Positions 1 to 9,379 of a DNA stretch of 64,000 nt are shown one piece after another (positions within the stretch are counted from its first letter, which is position 1; each line of letters opens with the position of its first letter). The stretch is taken from assembly GCA_017397175.1 (NCBI GenBank), contig JAFQKA010000001.1:81439-145438 (forward strand), read 5' to 3'. Below the pieces are notes generated by a model, which did not search any database, was not told where the DNA came from, and saw only the letters and a list, made by a program, of their open reading frames with translations. This DNA is from Clostridia bacterium. GTDB taxonomy: Bacteria > Bacillota > Clostridia > Oscillospirales > CAG-272. Position numbers and translations under genes: made by a program.

Positions 1-2
1 AA

Positions 3-365
3 AAGATCACCGAGGTCAAGATCTTCCCCAGCTACGTGCTGGTAAAGATGACCATGACCGAGGAGAGCTGGCACGTTGTCCGTAATATCACGGGCGTTAC
101 GGGCTTTGTTGGCCCCGGATCCCGCCCTACACCTCTCTCTCAGGAGGAGGTTGACGCGCTTAACCTTGAAGGCGAGCACAAAGAGGAAAAGCTCAAATTC
201 AACACAGGCGACGCGGTCGTGGTTTCCGCAGGTCTTTTCGAGGGCTACGCAGGTACTGTGCAGTCTATCTCGGACGACCTTAAAAAGGTTACGGTACTCG
301 TTCAGAGAGGTCGCCGTGACATTCCCGTTGAGCTGGACGCAACTGACGTCAAGCTCGCACAGTAA
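3..365 (+). CDS. nusG: Transcription termination/antitermination factor NusG (5'-truncated by window edge)
   Basis: Open frame from base 3: KIFPSYVLVKM...WHVVRNITGVTGFVG, C-terminal KOW (GDAVVVSAGLFEGYAGTV); upstream of rplK. Confidence 0.96.
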   Translation, partial: KITEVKIFPSYVLVKMTMTEESWHVVRNITGVTGFVGPGSRPTPLSQEEVDALNLEGEHKEEKLKFNTGDAVVVSAGLFEGYAGTVQSISDDLKKVTVLVQRGRRDIPVELDATDVKLAQ

Positions 366-416
366 AGGACATATCAAGCCAAGATGTGTTCTCGCGGCAC
401 AATTGAGCCGCAAAAA

Positions 417-461
417 GTGGGAGGGAGAAAAATTCTTTAATTCTCCCGTATTCATTACCAC
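417..461 (+). promoter_or_regulatory. Putative ribosomal protein L1-binding leader of rplK-rplA
   Basis: GTGG-GA-GGGAGAA...TTCTCCC...ACCAC two-helix structure just before the rplK RBS (GGAGG), typical of Firmicute L1 autoregulatory sites. Confidence 0.65.
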
Positions 462-479
462 ATTGGAGGTGTAATTACT

Positions 480-905
480 ATGGCAAAGAAAATACTCGGT
501 TACATTAAGCTTCAGCTGCCTGCAGGTAAGGCTACTCCTCAGCCTCCCGTAGGTCCCGCACTTGGTCAGTACGGCGTTGCAATTCCCGTATTTACAAAGG
601 AATTCAACGAGAGAACCAAGAAGGACATCGGTCTCATTATCCCTGTTGTTATCACAGTATATGCTGACCGTTCTTTCTCTTTCATTACAAAGACTCCCCC
701 TGCACCCGTTCTTATTAAGAAGGCTTGCGGTATCGAAACAGCATCCGCAGTTCCTAACAAGACAAAGGTAGCAAAGCTCACAAAAGAGCAGGTTCAGAAG
801 ATCGCAGAGACAAAGATGCCCGACCTCAACGCAGCTTCTCTCGAGGCAGCTATGAGCATGGTTGCAGGTACAGCCCGCAGCATGGGTATTACTGTTGAGG
901 AATAA
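480..905 (+). CDS. rplK: 50S ribosomal protein L11
   Basis: [35 protein letters not shown] motifs. Confidence 0.99.
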   Translation: MAKKILGYIKLQLPAGKATPQPPVGPALGQYGVAIPVFTKEFNERTKKDIGLIIPVVITVYADRSFSFITKTPPAPVLIKKACGIETASAVPNKTKVAKLTKEQVQKIAETKMPDLNAASLEAAMSMVAGTARSMGITVEE

Positions 906-919
906 GGGGGTAGTGTAAA

Positions 920-1618
920 ATGGCAAAAGTAGGAAAGAAGTACGCTGAAAGCTCCGCACTTATTGAAAAGGGCAAGCTTTATGATCCCGCTGAGGCAGTT
1001 GCACTCGTTTGCAAGACTTCCAAGGCTAAGTTTGATGAAACTATCGAAATTCACGTTCGTCTGGGCGTTGACTCCCGTCACGCAGACCAGCAGGTTCGCG
1101 GTGCTATCGTTCTCCCTAACGGAACAGGTAAGACCGTAAAGACTCTCGTTATCACAAAGGGTGATGACAAGATCAAGGCTGCTCTTGATGCAGGCGCTGA
1201 CTACGTTGGTGCTGAAGAGTACGTTCAGAAGATCACAAAGGAAAACTGGTTCGACTTCGACGTTGTTATCGCAAGCCCCGATATGATGGGTCTTGTAGGT
1301 CGTCTTGGTAAGGTGCTCGGTCCTAAGGGCCTTATGCCTAACCCCAAGGCAGGTACCGTAACTCCCGACGTTGCTCGTGCAGTTACAGAAGCTAAGGCAG
1401 GTAAGATCGAATACCGTCTTGATAAGACGAACATCATCCACTGCCCCATCGGTAAGGCGTCCTTTGGTGAGGCTAAGCTTCAGGAGAACTTCGATGCACT
1501 CATGGGTGCTATCGTAAAGGCAAAGCCCGCTTCCGCAAAGGGTCAGTACATTAAGAGCTGCGTTCTCGCATCTACAATGGGCCCCGGCGTGAAGATCAAC
1601 CAGGCTAAGCTCGGCTGA
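920..1618 (+). CDS. rplA: 50S ribosomal protein L1
   Basis: [33 protein letters not shown] motifs. Confidence 0.99.
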   Translation: MAKVGKKYAESSALIEKGKLYDPAEAVALVCKTSKAKFDETIEIHVRLGVDSRHADQQVRGAIVLPNGTGKTVKTLVITKGDDKIKAALDAGADYVGAEEYVQKITKENWFDFDVVIASPDMMGLVGRLGKVLGPKGLMPNPKAGTVTPDVARAVTEAKAGKIEYRLDKTNIIHCPIGKASFGEAKLQENFDALMGAIVKAKPASAKGQYIKSCVLASTMGPGVKINQAKLG

Positions 1619-1640
1619 TTTTAAGATCTATCTTAAATAG

Positions 1641-1682
1641 CAACAAAAGACCGATAGCTGAAAGGCTATCGGTCTTTTGTTG
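1641..1682. terminator. Bidirectional intrinsic terminator
   Basis: CAACAAAAGACCGATAGC-TGAAAG-GCTATCGGTCTTTTGTTG inverted repeat between convergent genes. Confidence 0.9.
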
Positions 1683-1701
1683 TTCTTTGATCTCGCGGGA
1701 T

Positions 1702-3951
1702 TTATTCTGAAGGCAGGGACATTTTATAGATTCCGCGGCACATGCCTGCGGCAAATAACGTGCGCGTTGCAGGGACAATCACCAGGTGCTGTACCTCTCT
1801 GCCGCCGTCGTCGCCGGGATATATATTGTCGCGGGTGGAGCTCAGATTGAACCAGGTCTTGCCGCCGTCGTCGCTGAATAGCAGCCCCATGTCACTTGCA
1901 AAGACGTTGCGCGCGTTGCCAACGTATATGCACTCGCCGTTTTTGGGGTCGACCTCAACGCAACGCGGATTGAGGGATTCTCCGTATCCGTCTCGCATAG
2001 AGGAGAAATTCTTGATGATATTAACCTTACCGTCAGCGCAGTCCATACCGTAAAGAATATTGTTTTTTCCGAGTATGATCAGACGGTTGCCGCAGATATC
2101 GTATTCCATGTCCTTGATCTCATCGGGGAAATCACCTATTTTTGACCAGCTGACGCCCTTGTCGGCGGAGATCAGGGGCTGTCCCTTGTCGTTGATTCCG
2201 AAAAGACGGCCTGTTTCCGGGTCCGAATCAAACACCGCCACGCACCCGTCCATCGCCTCCCAGCTTCTTCCCTTGTCGGTAGAACGGTAGGCGTTGCAGA
2301 GCACGATATTTTCGTCGCCGGGAACTCCCGTCACACAGCGGAAGCTCTTGTCTACGGTTATATTGGTGTTTTCCACGGTCTTGCCGCCGTCGGAGGTGTA
2401 GCAGATATAGTATTCGCCGTCGATTCTGTTTATGGCAACGACGTGATCCTCGTTTACAGCATAGCCCCCGTAAGTAAAGCCACCCCAATTTTTGTGCCAT
2501 TGAATATATTTCCAGGTCTTTCCGCCGTTTACGGAATAGAATCCGCTGTAATCCTGATTTGAGGCGTACATAAGGTCGGGGTCGTTTACGTTAACGGAAA
2601 GATTGGTGCAAGCCGCGCCGTTGTAGCCGCTGTTTGACCAAACGAAGGTCTTTCCGGCATCCGTTGAGCGAAGGACCATATCGCCTCCCGTGGAAATGCA
2701 GACGTTTTTATCGGTGGGATGCCAGCTCATGACTTCGCTGCGAACATTATAGGGAATGATTGAGTTTTCGGTGTTTTTGGACGATGCTGTCCAGGTCTTT
2801 CCGCCGTCGTGGGAGAAAAATATTTTATTTGAATATTCGTTATTTACTTTCAGTCTGTCGTTGGAGATCACCATGTGATCCGGCTCGGCAGGACTGACCT
2901 CGATGCGGTGCGCGTAAGACGGGTAGCCGTCACCCATGACGTTTTCAAAGGTGCTTCCCGAATCGGTTGAGAGATAAAGTCCGCTTGGTGAGCATAGATA
3001 TACGTTATCAGGCTTACTGCCGATAATGTCAATGCCCGTAAGCGGTACATCAAGTTTTTTTTCAAAGCTTGCGCCGCGGTCACAGGAACGGAAAAAACCG
3101 TGAGATGAGGCTATATATACGTATCCGTTTGAAGGATGCACGAAGATCTCGCCTTCGGCATAGTCACTTGAGGAAGCGACTTTAGCCCAGCTTTTCGCGG
3201 CATCGTCGGTTTTGTAAAGGTCTCCCCATTGGGTCAGCCAATAGGCGGTAGCACTGCCTCCCAGTGTGGGTGAATTGCTCGATTTGTCAAATGCGACAGA
3301 GTCGCGGTAATCCCGGTGACCTATTACGGAGCCGTTGGTGTTGACGGGTGACCAGGTCAGCCCGGCATTCTGCGAAAGATACAAGCCGTTGTGTGAGCTG
3401 CTTGTAGAGTTGACCCCGCACAAAAGTACACGATTGCCGTTGTTGGGGTCGATCGCTATTGAGGTCGCACCCTCCGAGCCAAGTCCGATAGTTGACTGCT
3501 TCCAGCTTTTTCCGCCGTCAACCGAGCGGTAAAGTCCGCCCACGTCCGTACCCAGAAAGGCAAGATTTCCGTCTGTCTCCGAAAATGTTATGAAAAGCGG
3601 CCATTGACAGCCCTCACCGCCTCCGATATCAGCCGCCGCCTGACTGTCTGAGGTCATGGGGACGGCAGTCCACAAATTGCCGTCGGGGAAATATCCGATC
3701 TGGGGATCATTTGTATCATCTTCGGGCAGGGTATCGTCGGGAATTTGAGTGGTGTCGGGCGGTAGGACGGTATCGGGGGGAGTGACGGTGTCGGGTGGGA
3801 CGTCGCGTAAGGTGCCATGGGTTTGCCCTTGTCCGTTTACGGGGCTTCCGTTTCCTCCTTGGCAGGAGGAAACGGATAATATCATAACAGCTGCAAGCAA
3901 AAACACAAATGTTCTTTTTAATTGAATGCCTGCGGGTCTTCTTTTTTTCAT
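1702..3951 (-). CDS. Secreted lipoprotein with about 12 Asp-box/BNR repeats, GH74-like double beta-propeller
   Basis: ATG 3951 with GGAGA RBS; lipobox VSSC; PPDT-rich linker; repeated S-x-D-G-G-x-[ST]-W boxes; GTDVGGLY and QDYSGF motifs. Confidence 0.8.
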   Translation of the reverse strand: MKKRRPAGIQLKRTFVFLLAAVMILSVSSCQGGNGSPVNGQGQTHGTLRDVPPDTVTPPDTVLPPDTTQIPDDTLPEDDTNDPQIGYFPDGNLWTAVPMTSDSQAAADIGGGEGCQWPLFITFSETDGNLAFLGTDVGGLYRSVDGGKSWKQSTIGLGSEGATSIAIDPNNGNRVLLCGVNSTSSSHNGLYLSQNAGLTWSPVNTNGSVIGHRDYRDSVAFDKSSNSPTLGGSATAYWLTQWGDLYKTDDAAKSWAKVASSSDYAEGEIFVHPSNGYVYIASSHGFFRSCDRGASFEKKLDVPLTGIDIIGSKPDNVYLCSPSGLYLSTDSGSTFENVMGDGYPSYAHRIEVSPAEPDHMVISNDRLKVNNEYSNKIFFSHDGGKTWTASSKNTENSIIPYNVRSEVMSWHPTDKNVCISTGGDMVLRSTDAGKTFVWSNSGYNGAACTNLSVNVNDPDLMYASNQDYSGFYSVNGGKTWKYIQWHKNWGGFTYGGYAVNEDHVVAINRIDGEYYICYTSDGGKTVENTNITVDKSFRCVTGVPGDENIVLCNAYRSTDKGRSWEAMDGCVAVFDSDPETGRLFGINDKGQPLISADKGVSWSKIGDFPDEIKDMEYDICGNRLIILGKNNILYGMDCADGKVNIIKNFSSMRDGYGESLNPRCVEVDPKNGECIYVGNARNVFASDMGLLFSDDGGKTWFNLSSTRDNIYPGDDGGREVQHLVIVPATRTLFAAGMCRGIYKMSLPSE

Positions 3952-4004
3952 AATCTGTCTCCGTTTTTTTGCCGATCTCTTGCGGTATCGGTCTGACTGT
4001 ACAG

Positions 4005-4033
4005 ATTGTACCACGCCCCGAGATCAATGTCAA
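4005..4033 (-). promoter_or_regulatory. Sigma-A promoter for the Asp-box lipoprotein gene
   Basis: TTGACA-17 nt-TACAAT with extended -10 TG on the minus strand. Confidence 0.75.
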
Positions 4034-4092
4034 GTAACAGACGTTCCTCCGCGGTAAATCGGTGCTCGGAGCTGTTTATTTTCGGAAAAATG

Positions 4093-4121
4093 TTGACAAT
4101 TCATAAAAATCGTGATACAAT
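4093..4121 (+). promoter_or_regulatory. Sigma-A promoter for the GT8 operon
   Basis: TTGACA-17 nt-TACAAT with extended -10 TG. Confidence 0.8.
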
Positions 4122-4223
4122 TATATGAATTTGTTGAATTGTCAACAGGCCGACACTTGACATTCCGATAGTACATGTGCCGAGGTTTTCGGCATGGATT
4201 TTTTCAAAAGAAAGTAAGAAAAT

Positions 4224-5162
4224 ATGACATGTAATACTATAAACCATATTCCCGTGTTTTTTTCAACCGATGACAACTATATTCCGTATCTTGACGTTGC
4301 TCTCAGATCTCTGATAGCAAACGCTTCGAAGAATTACGAATACAGGATAGTCATCCTCAACACGGGACTTGACACCGAAAATATCAAACGGATCAAAGAA
4401 AACGAAAGGGCAGGATTTGCCATTGAGTTTTTTGATATTTCCGAATATGTTGAAAAGATAAAGTCACGTTTTAAGAACGTGTATCACTTTTCGGTGGTTA
4501 CCTATTACAGACTTTTTATCGCGTCTCTTTTTCCGCAATATAAGAGGATCGTGTATCTTGACTGCGATGTGGTGGTTACGGGAGACATATCCGAGCTTTA
4601 TTTTGCAAATACCGGAGACAGTATTCTGGGTGCGGTGGCCGACGATCACGTAAGAAACACCCCCGAATTTAAGGTGTACGCAAAAAAGGCTATCGGAGTA
4701 GATCCCGACACTTATATCAACGCAGGGGTTTTGGTGATCAACCTCGAGGAGTTCAGAAAAAACGGCATCAAGGAAAAATTCATCGATCTGATAACAGAGT
4801 ATGATTTCGATCTGCTTGACCCCGATCAGGCGTATCTGAATTATCTTTGCCGCGGAAGGATCTCTCTTTTGCCGTGCTCATGGAACTGCGTTCCCCACGA
4901 CACTCCTTCTGAGGGCGAGAAAAATATAATTCATTTCGCACTTTATAAAAAGCCCTGGCAGTATGACGACGTCATTTACGGAGATCTTTTTTGGCTTTAT
5001 GCCAAGGATTCGCCTTTTTATCCGATAATCATGCAAAGAAAGTCGGAATTCGGGGAAGAGGAGATCGCAAAGGCAGATGCTATGGCAAAAGAGATCATTG
5101 AGCATGCAAAAGAGATAGTCGTATCGGATTACACTTTTGTCAAGATGCTGAACGGGAGATGA
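4224..5162 (+). CDS. Glycosyltransferase family 8
   Basis: STDDNY, YYRLF, VYLDCD (DxD), YINAGVL, PDQAYLN, IIHF..KKPW motifs. Confidence 0.93.
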   Translation: MTCNTINHIPVFFSTDDNYIPYLDVALRSLIANASKNYEYRIVILNTGLDTENIKRIKENERAGFAIEFFDISEYVEKIKSRFKNVYHFSVVTYYRLFIASLFPQYKRIVYLDCDVVVTGDISELYFANTGDSILGAVADDHVRNTPEFKVYAKKAIGVDPDTYINAGVLVINLEEFRKNGIKEKFIDLITEYDFDLLDPDQAYLNYLCRGRISLLPCSWNCVPHDTPSEGEKNIIHFALYKKPWQYDDVIYGDLFWLYAKDSPFYPIIMQRKSEFGEEEIAKADAMAKEIIEHAKEIVVSDYTFVKMLNGR

Positions 5163-5165
5163 AAT

Positions 5166-5996
5166 ATGGAAAAATCCCCTCATAAACTGGAGCTGCTGAA
5201 AAGAATCGCCGAGCTTGAAGCAAAAGAGCTTTGGCACATGGATGTGGAGGATGACCCCGAGACATACCCACTGGCGGCAGATAAGATAGATTATCTCAAC
5301 GAAAAGCTTTCAAGTAAAATACTGAACAAGCTTGCAAACTTCTTCGGCGCGCGTTTTTTTGATAAAATGATTGCCGACGGACAGCTTATTATCAAAGAGG
5401 TTCGCGGAATCGAAAATTTTCGGGCGGTAGATGGCGGAAAGATCGTTACCTGCAACCATTTCAGTATTTGTGATAACTATGCCGTTTGGGTTGCTCTGCG
5501 CGACCATATGGACGGAAAAATGCTTTATAAGGTCATTCGTGAGGGAAATTACACAAATCCGCCCAAGCCCTTTGGTCTTTTTATGAAGCATTGCAACACT
5601 CTTCCGCTTTCAAGTCAGAAATCGACCATGATGAAATTCATGCGCGCGTTTGCGGAGCTTCTGCGTCGCGGAGAGACCATACTTATTTACCCCGAGCAGG
5701 GAATGTGGTGGAATTATCGTAAGCCCCGACCTATGCAGGATGGCGCATTTTCTCTGGCAGTCCGCAATAACGCGCCTGTTGTCCCGATATTTATCACCAT
5801 GGAGGATAGCACCACCCTTGACGGAGACGGTTTTTTCGTGCAGGAATACACCGTGCACGTGCTTGATGCAATTTATCCCGACCGGTCTCTTCCTTTTGCA
5901 CAGGCAAAAAAGAAAATGATGGAGGAAAACTACGCTCTTTGGGTAAAGACATACGAGGACTTTTACAAAAAGCCTCTGGTATACAGTGAAGTATGA
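5166..5996 (+). CDS. Lysophospholipid/glycerolipid acyltransferase (PlsC-like)
   Basis: NHFSICD (HX4D) and IYPEQG motifs; GAF..A...NAPVVP. Confidence 0.88.
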   Translation: MEKSPHKLELLKRIAELEAKELWHMDVEDDPETYPLAADKIDYLNEKLSSKILNKLANFFGARFFDKMIADGQLIIKEVRGIENFRAVDGGKIVTCNHFSICDNYAVWVALRDHMDGKMLYKVIREGNYTNPPKPFGLFMKHCNTLPLSSQKSTMMKFMRAFAELLRRGETILIYPEQGMWWNYRKPRPMQDGAFSLAVRNNAPVVPIFITMEDSTTLDGDGFFVQEYTVHVLDAIYPDRSLPFAQAKKKMMEENYALWVKTYEDFYKKPLVYSEV

Positions 5997-6553
5997 AGCT
6001 GTATCTTAGTATCATCGGCGCGGCAATGGCACTTATAGGAGCTGTCAACATCGCTTTTGACACGGCGTCGGCAATCTACGTAGTTGTTGCGGTTATTATG
6101 TGCACCGCCCTGCAATTTGCGCTTGACGGCTTGATCGCTATTGTGATAAACAAGCTTCCCGACAGACTTTTCGGAGTTGATAATCCGGCTTATTCCGTGT
6201 CCGAATGGGAAAAGCGGCTCTATAAGAAGCTGAAAGTTCGGAAATGGAAGGACAAGGTTTGGGAGCTGGGCGGTCTCGGCGGATTCAGTAAAAAGAAGTT
6301 AGCAGATCCAAACAGTCCCGAGTACATAGAGAAATTCATAATCGAGTGCAACAAGGGCGTGCTCACACACAGGCTTTCCTATCCCGCAGGATTTTTACCT
6401 ATGCTTATTTTCCGCAATGTCTGCGCGTTTTCTGTCGCGCTTCCCGTGGCGGCGGTCAATCTGTTTCTGAATATTCTGCCGACCCTTGCATTGAGGTACA
6501 ATACCCCCAAGCTGAAGGCAATACTTGCGCGAATGAAGAGAAAAAATACATAA
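5993..6553 (+). CDS. Membrane protein, CrtO-like (glycosyl-4,4'-diaponeurosporenoate acyltransferase family)
   Basis: WEKRLYKKLKVRKWKDKV and NLFLNILP...LRYNTPKL resemble CrtO-family motifs; 4-nt overlap with upstream gene. Confidence 0.6.
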   Translation: MKLYLSIIGAAMALIGAVNIAFDTASAIYVVVAVIMCTALQFALDGLIAIVINKLPDRLFGVDNPAYSVSEWEKRLYKKLKVRKWKDKVWELGGLGGFSKKKLADPNSPEYIEKFIIECNKGVLTHRLSYPAGFLPMLIFRNVCAFSVALPVAAVNLFLNILPTLALRYNTPKLKAILARMKRKNT

Positions 6554-6590
6554 AACAGCAGAGAACTTGAATTTCTTTGCTGTTTTTTTG
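6552..6590 (+). terminator. Intrinsic terminator
   Basis: AAAACAGCAGAGAA...TTCTTTGCTGTTTT stem followed by T run. Confidence 0.7.
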
Positions 6591-6608
6591 CGGAAAAGCG
6601 GATTTCTC

Positions 6609-6637
6609 TTGCAAAATTTGCTTGATTGTGATAAAAT
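6609..6637 (+). promoter_or_regulatory. Sigma-A promoter for the vanY-like...yegP operon
   Basis: TTGCAA-17 nt-TAAAAT with TG extension. Confidence 0.7.
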
Positions 6638-6732
6638 AATATGGAATATACTCATAAAACCATCAAAAGGATTTTATTGGTATATATACGTACCGTATAC
6701 ATGATTTTTTTAAAGAAAGGAAGGCACGGGAT

Positions 6733-7794
6733 ATGCCATACAGAACGTCCTCTTATTCGGGCAGCTCATATTCGAGAGCAAGACGCAGAAAAAAGATAAT
6801 CAAAACCCTTTTGCTTTGTTTTTTGGCGGCGTTTATAGTATTCGGGATCGTGGCGATGATAATAATTTTTACCGCGCCTCCAAAGGGAATAGAAAATAAA
6901 GGGACGACACCCGACACTCCCGCTCTTACCGATCCCATCGAAACCGAGCCGCACGTGGAGGGATTTGAAACTGTTGAGGTGGATCTGTCCCAACTTCACC
7001 GGGGTGATCTGATTTTGGTCAACGGTGAGCATGAATACAAAAATGCCGACGGATACAAGCTATTGGATCTTTATAATAACCGCAAAAAGTACAGTGGGGG
7101 TGCAAGAGCTTATCAGCTTAGCGGAATCGACTTGAAATTGGCGGATTTTGTTCTTTCCGAGCTGAATGCCATGAACGAAGCATTTTACGAAGAAAGCGGA
7201 CTTGGCGGTCTGCTTATCCGTTCCGCTTACCGCACCCGTCAGGAACAGAAGGATCTGTACGACGCGAGAGTTGAGAAGGACGGCGCGGTAAAGGCGGAAA
7301 AGTACGTGGCGAAGCCCGGGCACAGTGAGCATGAGACGGGACTTGCTTTTGATATGTCCGTTTTTGTTGACGGCGAAAACACATACATCTCCGATGAACC
7401 CGAATATCTGCCGATCTACTCTATGGCGTACAAATACGGCTTTGTTCTTCGGTATCCTGCAGACAAGGTCGACATTACGGGCATAAATTACGAGGCGTGG
7501 CATTTCCGTTACGTGGGACTGCCCCACGCTTATTACATGAGCGCAAATGATCTTTGCCTTGAGGAATATATCGAGCTTTTGCGAGAAGACTACAAGTATT
7601 CTGACGAGCACTTGAAGGTCAGCGCGCCCGATCGAGACGGCAAAGCGCAAAATTACGAGATCTATTTTGTGCCTGCCGACACCAATAAAGGGAAAAATCA
7701 AATAATCGTTCCATGCGGCTATGAATACAGCATTTCGGGAAATAACGTTGACGGATTTATTATCACCGTTGACCTTGACGCACCGAAAAAATAG
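6733..7794 (+). CDS. Membrane-anchored M15B D-Ala-D-Ala/L,D-carboxypeptidase (VanY/LdcB-like)
   Basis: N-terminal TM; SAYR, PGHSEHETGLAFD, YEAWHFRYVG zinc motifs. Confidence 0.92.
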   Translation: MPYRTSSYSGSSYSRARRRKKIIKTLLLCFLAAFIVFGIVAMIIIFTAPPKGIENKGTTPDTPALTDPIETEPHVEGFETVEVDLSQLHRGDLILVNGEHEYKNADGYKLLDLYNNRKKYSGGARAYQLSGIDLKLADFVLSELNAMNEAFYEESGLGGLLIRSAYRTRQEQKDLYDARVEKDGAVKAEKYVAKPGHSEHETGLAFDMSVFVDGENTYISDEPEYLPIYSMAYKYGFVLRYPADKVDITGINYEAWHFRYVGLPHAYYMSANDLCLEEYIELLREDYKYSDEHLKVSAPDRDGKAQNYEIYFVPADTNKGKNQIIVPCGYEYSISGNNVDGFIITVDLDAPKK

Positions 7795-7806
7795 ATCGGA
7801 GGAAAA

Positions 7807-8958
7807 ATGACAGGAGAAAAAAGAAACAGGACGGCTGATATCATTCTGACGGCGCTGTTTTGTGTTTTTATATTGGCCGTCGGACTGCTCATATATATTC
7901 TTCCTCAAAAGAGCTTTTCGGAAAATGAGAACAGCTCTCTTCAGACCTTTCCGTCTCTGAGCTATGACAACTTTATGCACGGGGATTTTACACGGGAATT
8001 GGCAGAGTTTTACACCGATCAGATACCTTGCCGCGATTTTCTGATAGGATTGAAGGGCGGTGCCGAGCTGTTGCTCCTCAGAGGAGAAAACAACGGCGTT
8101 CTTGTGGGCAAAAACGGACACCTTATATCAAAGCACCTGTATACCGACGAGAATTACAATAATCTGAAGCTGAATTCTTTGGCTGTAAAGACCTTTGAAA
8201 AAAACGCCGCCGAGCTTGGTATAGAAGTGACGGTATCGGTAGCCCCCAGAGCCATTGACGTGCTGGATCAATACCTGCCCGCACTCTATTCTGCGGATTA
8301 CAGAGAGCGTGCATGGCAGACCTTGAACGAGGCAGGCTTGCAGTACACGGATCTCCGTGGAATGATGCAAAGTATCGGAAGCGGTGCCTGGTTTAAAACC
8401 GACCACCACTGGACTACCAATGGTGCATACGGCGCTTACCTTATGCTTTCGGACAAGGTCGGATACAACCCCTTCAGCACGGCTGTCAGTTATGAGACGG
8501 TAAGCGATGATTTCAGGGGAACCACCTATTCCGATTCGGGTATTCACGTGCTGGGCGGTGAGGAATTCAAGCTCCCGAGGATTTCGGGCGAAGAGGATTT
8601 TCTGACCGAGCGTATTGACTCAAACGGCAAGACCGTGCAGAGCTTCAAGGGCTATTACGATGAAAGCTATCTTGAAAAGAAGGACAAATACAGCACGTAT
8701 CTTGGGGGTATCTATCCTCTTATCCGTGTGACAAAGCCGGGAGAGGAAAGGGAAATGATCCTTTTGGCAAAGGACAGCTTCTCCCATTCTCTTGTGCCCT
8801 ATCTTGCACAGCATTTTGATCTGCTTTTGGTAGATACGCGGTATTATACAGGCTCAACTCTCAAATTGGCACAGGAAAACGGAATCGAAAAGGTCTTGGT
8901 GCTATACGGAATCGACACTATGGCAACGGCAAATCTCAGATATTTAGGACTGAAATAA
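7807..8958 (+). CDS. DHHW-family (AlgJ/AlgX-like SGNH) O-acetyltransferase partner
   Basis: N-terminal TM, FSENEN, KTDHHWT, KDSF motifs. Confidence 0.85.
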   Translation: MTGEKRNRTADIILTALFCVFILAVGLLIYILPQKSFSENENSSLQTFPSLSYDNFMHGDFTRELAEFYTDQIPCRDFLIGLKGGAELLLLRGENNGVLVGKNGHLISKHLYTDENYNNLKLNSLAVKTFEKNAAELGIEVTVSVAPRAIDVLDQYLPALYSADYRERAWQTLNEAGLQYTDLRGMMQSIGSGAWFKTDHHWTTNGAYGAYLMLSDKVGYNPFSTAVSYETVSDDFRGTTYSDSGIHVLGGEEFKLPRISGEEDFLTERIDSNGKTVQSFKGYYDESYLEKKDKYSTYLGGIYPLIRVTKPGEEREMILLAKDSFSHSLVPYLAQHFDLLLVDTRYYTGSTLKLAQENGIEKVLVLYGIDTMATANLRYLGLK

Positions 8959-8971
8959 AAAGAGGTAAAAA

Positions 8972-9358
8972 ATGGCAAATTACAGACGAGGAAGAATAAA
9001 CGACGAAATGCAAAAAGAGGTGGCGCAGATCCTGCGCGAGGTAAAGGATCCCCGTGTAAGCGGCGCATTTGTAAGTGTTATTGCGGCGGAGGTGACCCCC
9101 GACCTTAAATATGCGAAGATATATTATTCCTACTTGAATCATAGCGATCCAAAGGAGGTCGCACGAGGCCTCAAGGCGGCAAGCGGTTATATCCGCCGTG
9201 AGATCTCCACACGCATGAATCTCAGGATCACCCCCGAGCTGACCTTTATCCGCGACAATTCCATTGCTCACGGCGCGCATATTGCTCAGCTTCTCAACGG
9301 AATTACCTTCTCCGAGGATTTCGGAGAGGAAACTTCCGAGGAAAAATCCGACGACTGA
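8972..9358 (+). CDS. rbfA: Ribosome-binding factor A
   Basis: VKDPR, VTPDLKYAKIY, LRITPELTF..DNSIAHG. Confidence 0.96.
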   Translation: MANYRRGRINDEMQKEVAQILREVKDPRVSGAFVSVIAAEVTPDLKYAKIYYSYLNHSDPKEVARGLKAASGYIRREISTRMNLRITPELTFIRDNSIAHGAHIAQLLNGITFSEDFGEETSEEKSDD

Positions 9359-9379
9359 AAATCAAAAAAGGAGAACGGT

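Noticed and set aside
1800-1875. Direct repeat TGCCGCCGTCGTCGC twice
   Set aside because: Encodes DDGG in neighbouring Asp-box-like motifs; explained by the protein repeat.
3700-3805. Short tandem repeats resembling a repeat array
   Set aside because: They encode the PPDT linker of the lipoprotein; no constant repeat with unique spacers, so not CRISPR.
6733-7794. VanY-like gene as a vancomycin resistance locus
   Set aside because: No vanH/A/X/R/S nearby; M15B carboxypeptidases are ordinary wall enzymes.
7060-8121. Long antisense ORFs (also 794-1441, 9673-10569, 19352-20485, 23090-24073, 26195-27250, 44502-45428, 62189-63235)
   Set aside because: Shadows of well-supported genes on the opposite strand; no RBS or recognisable motifs.
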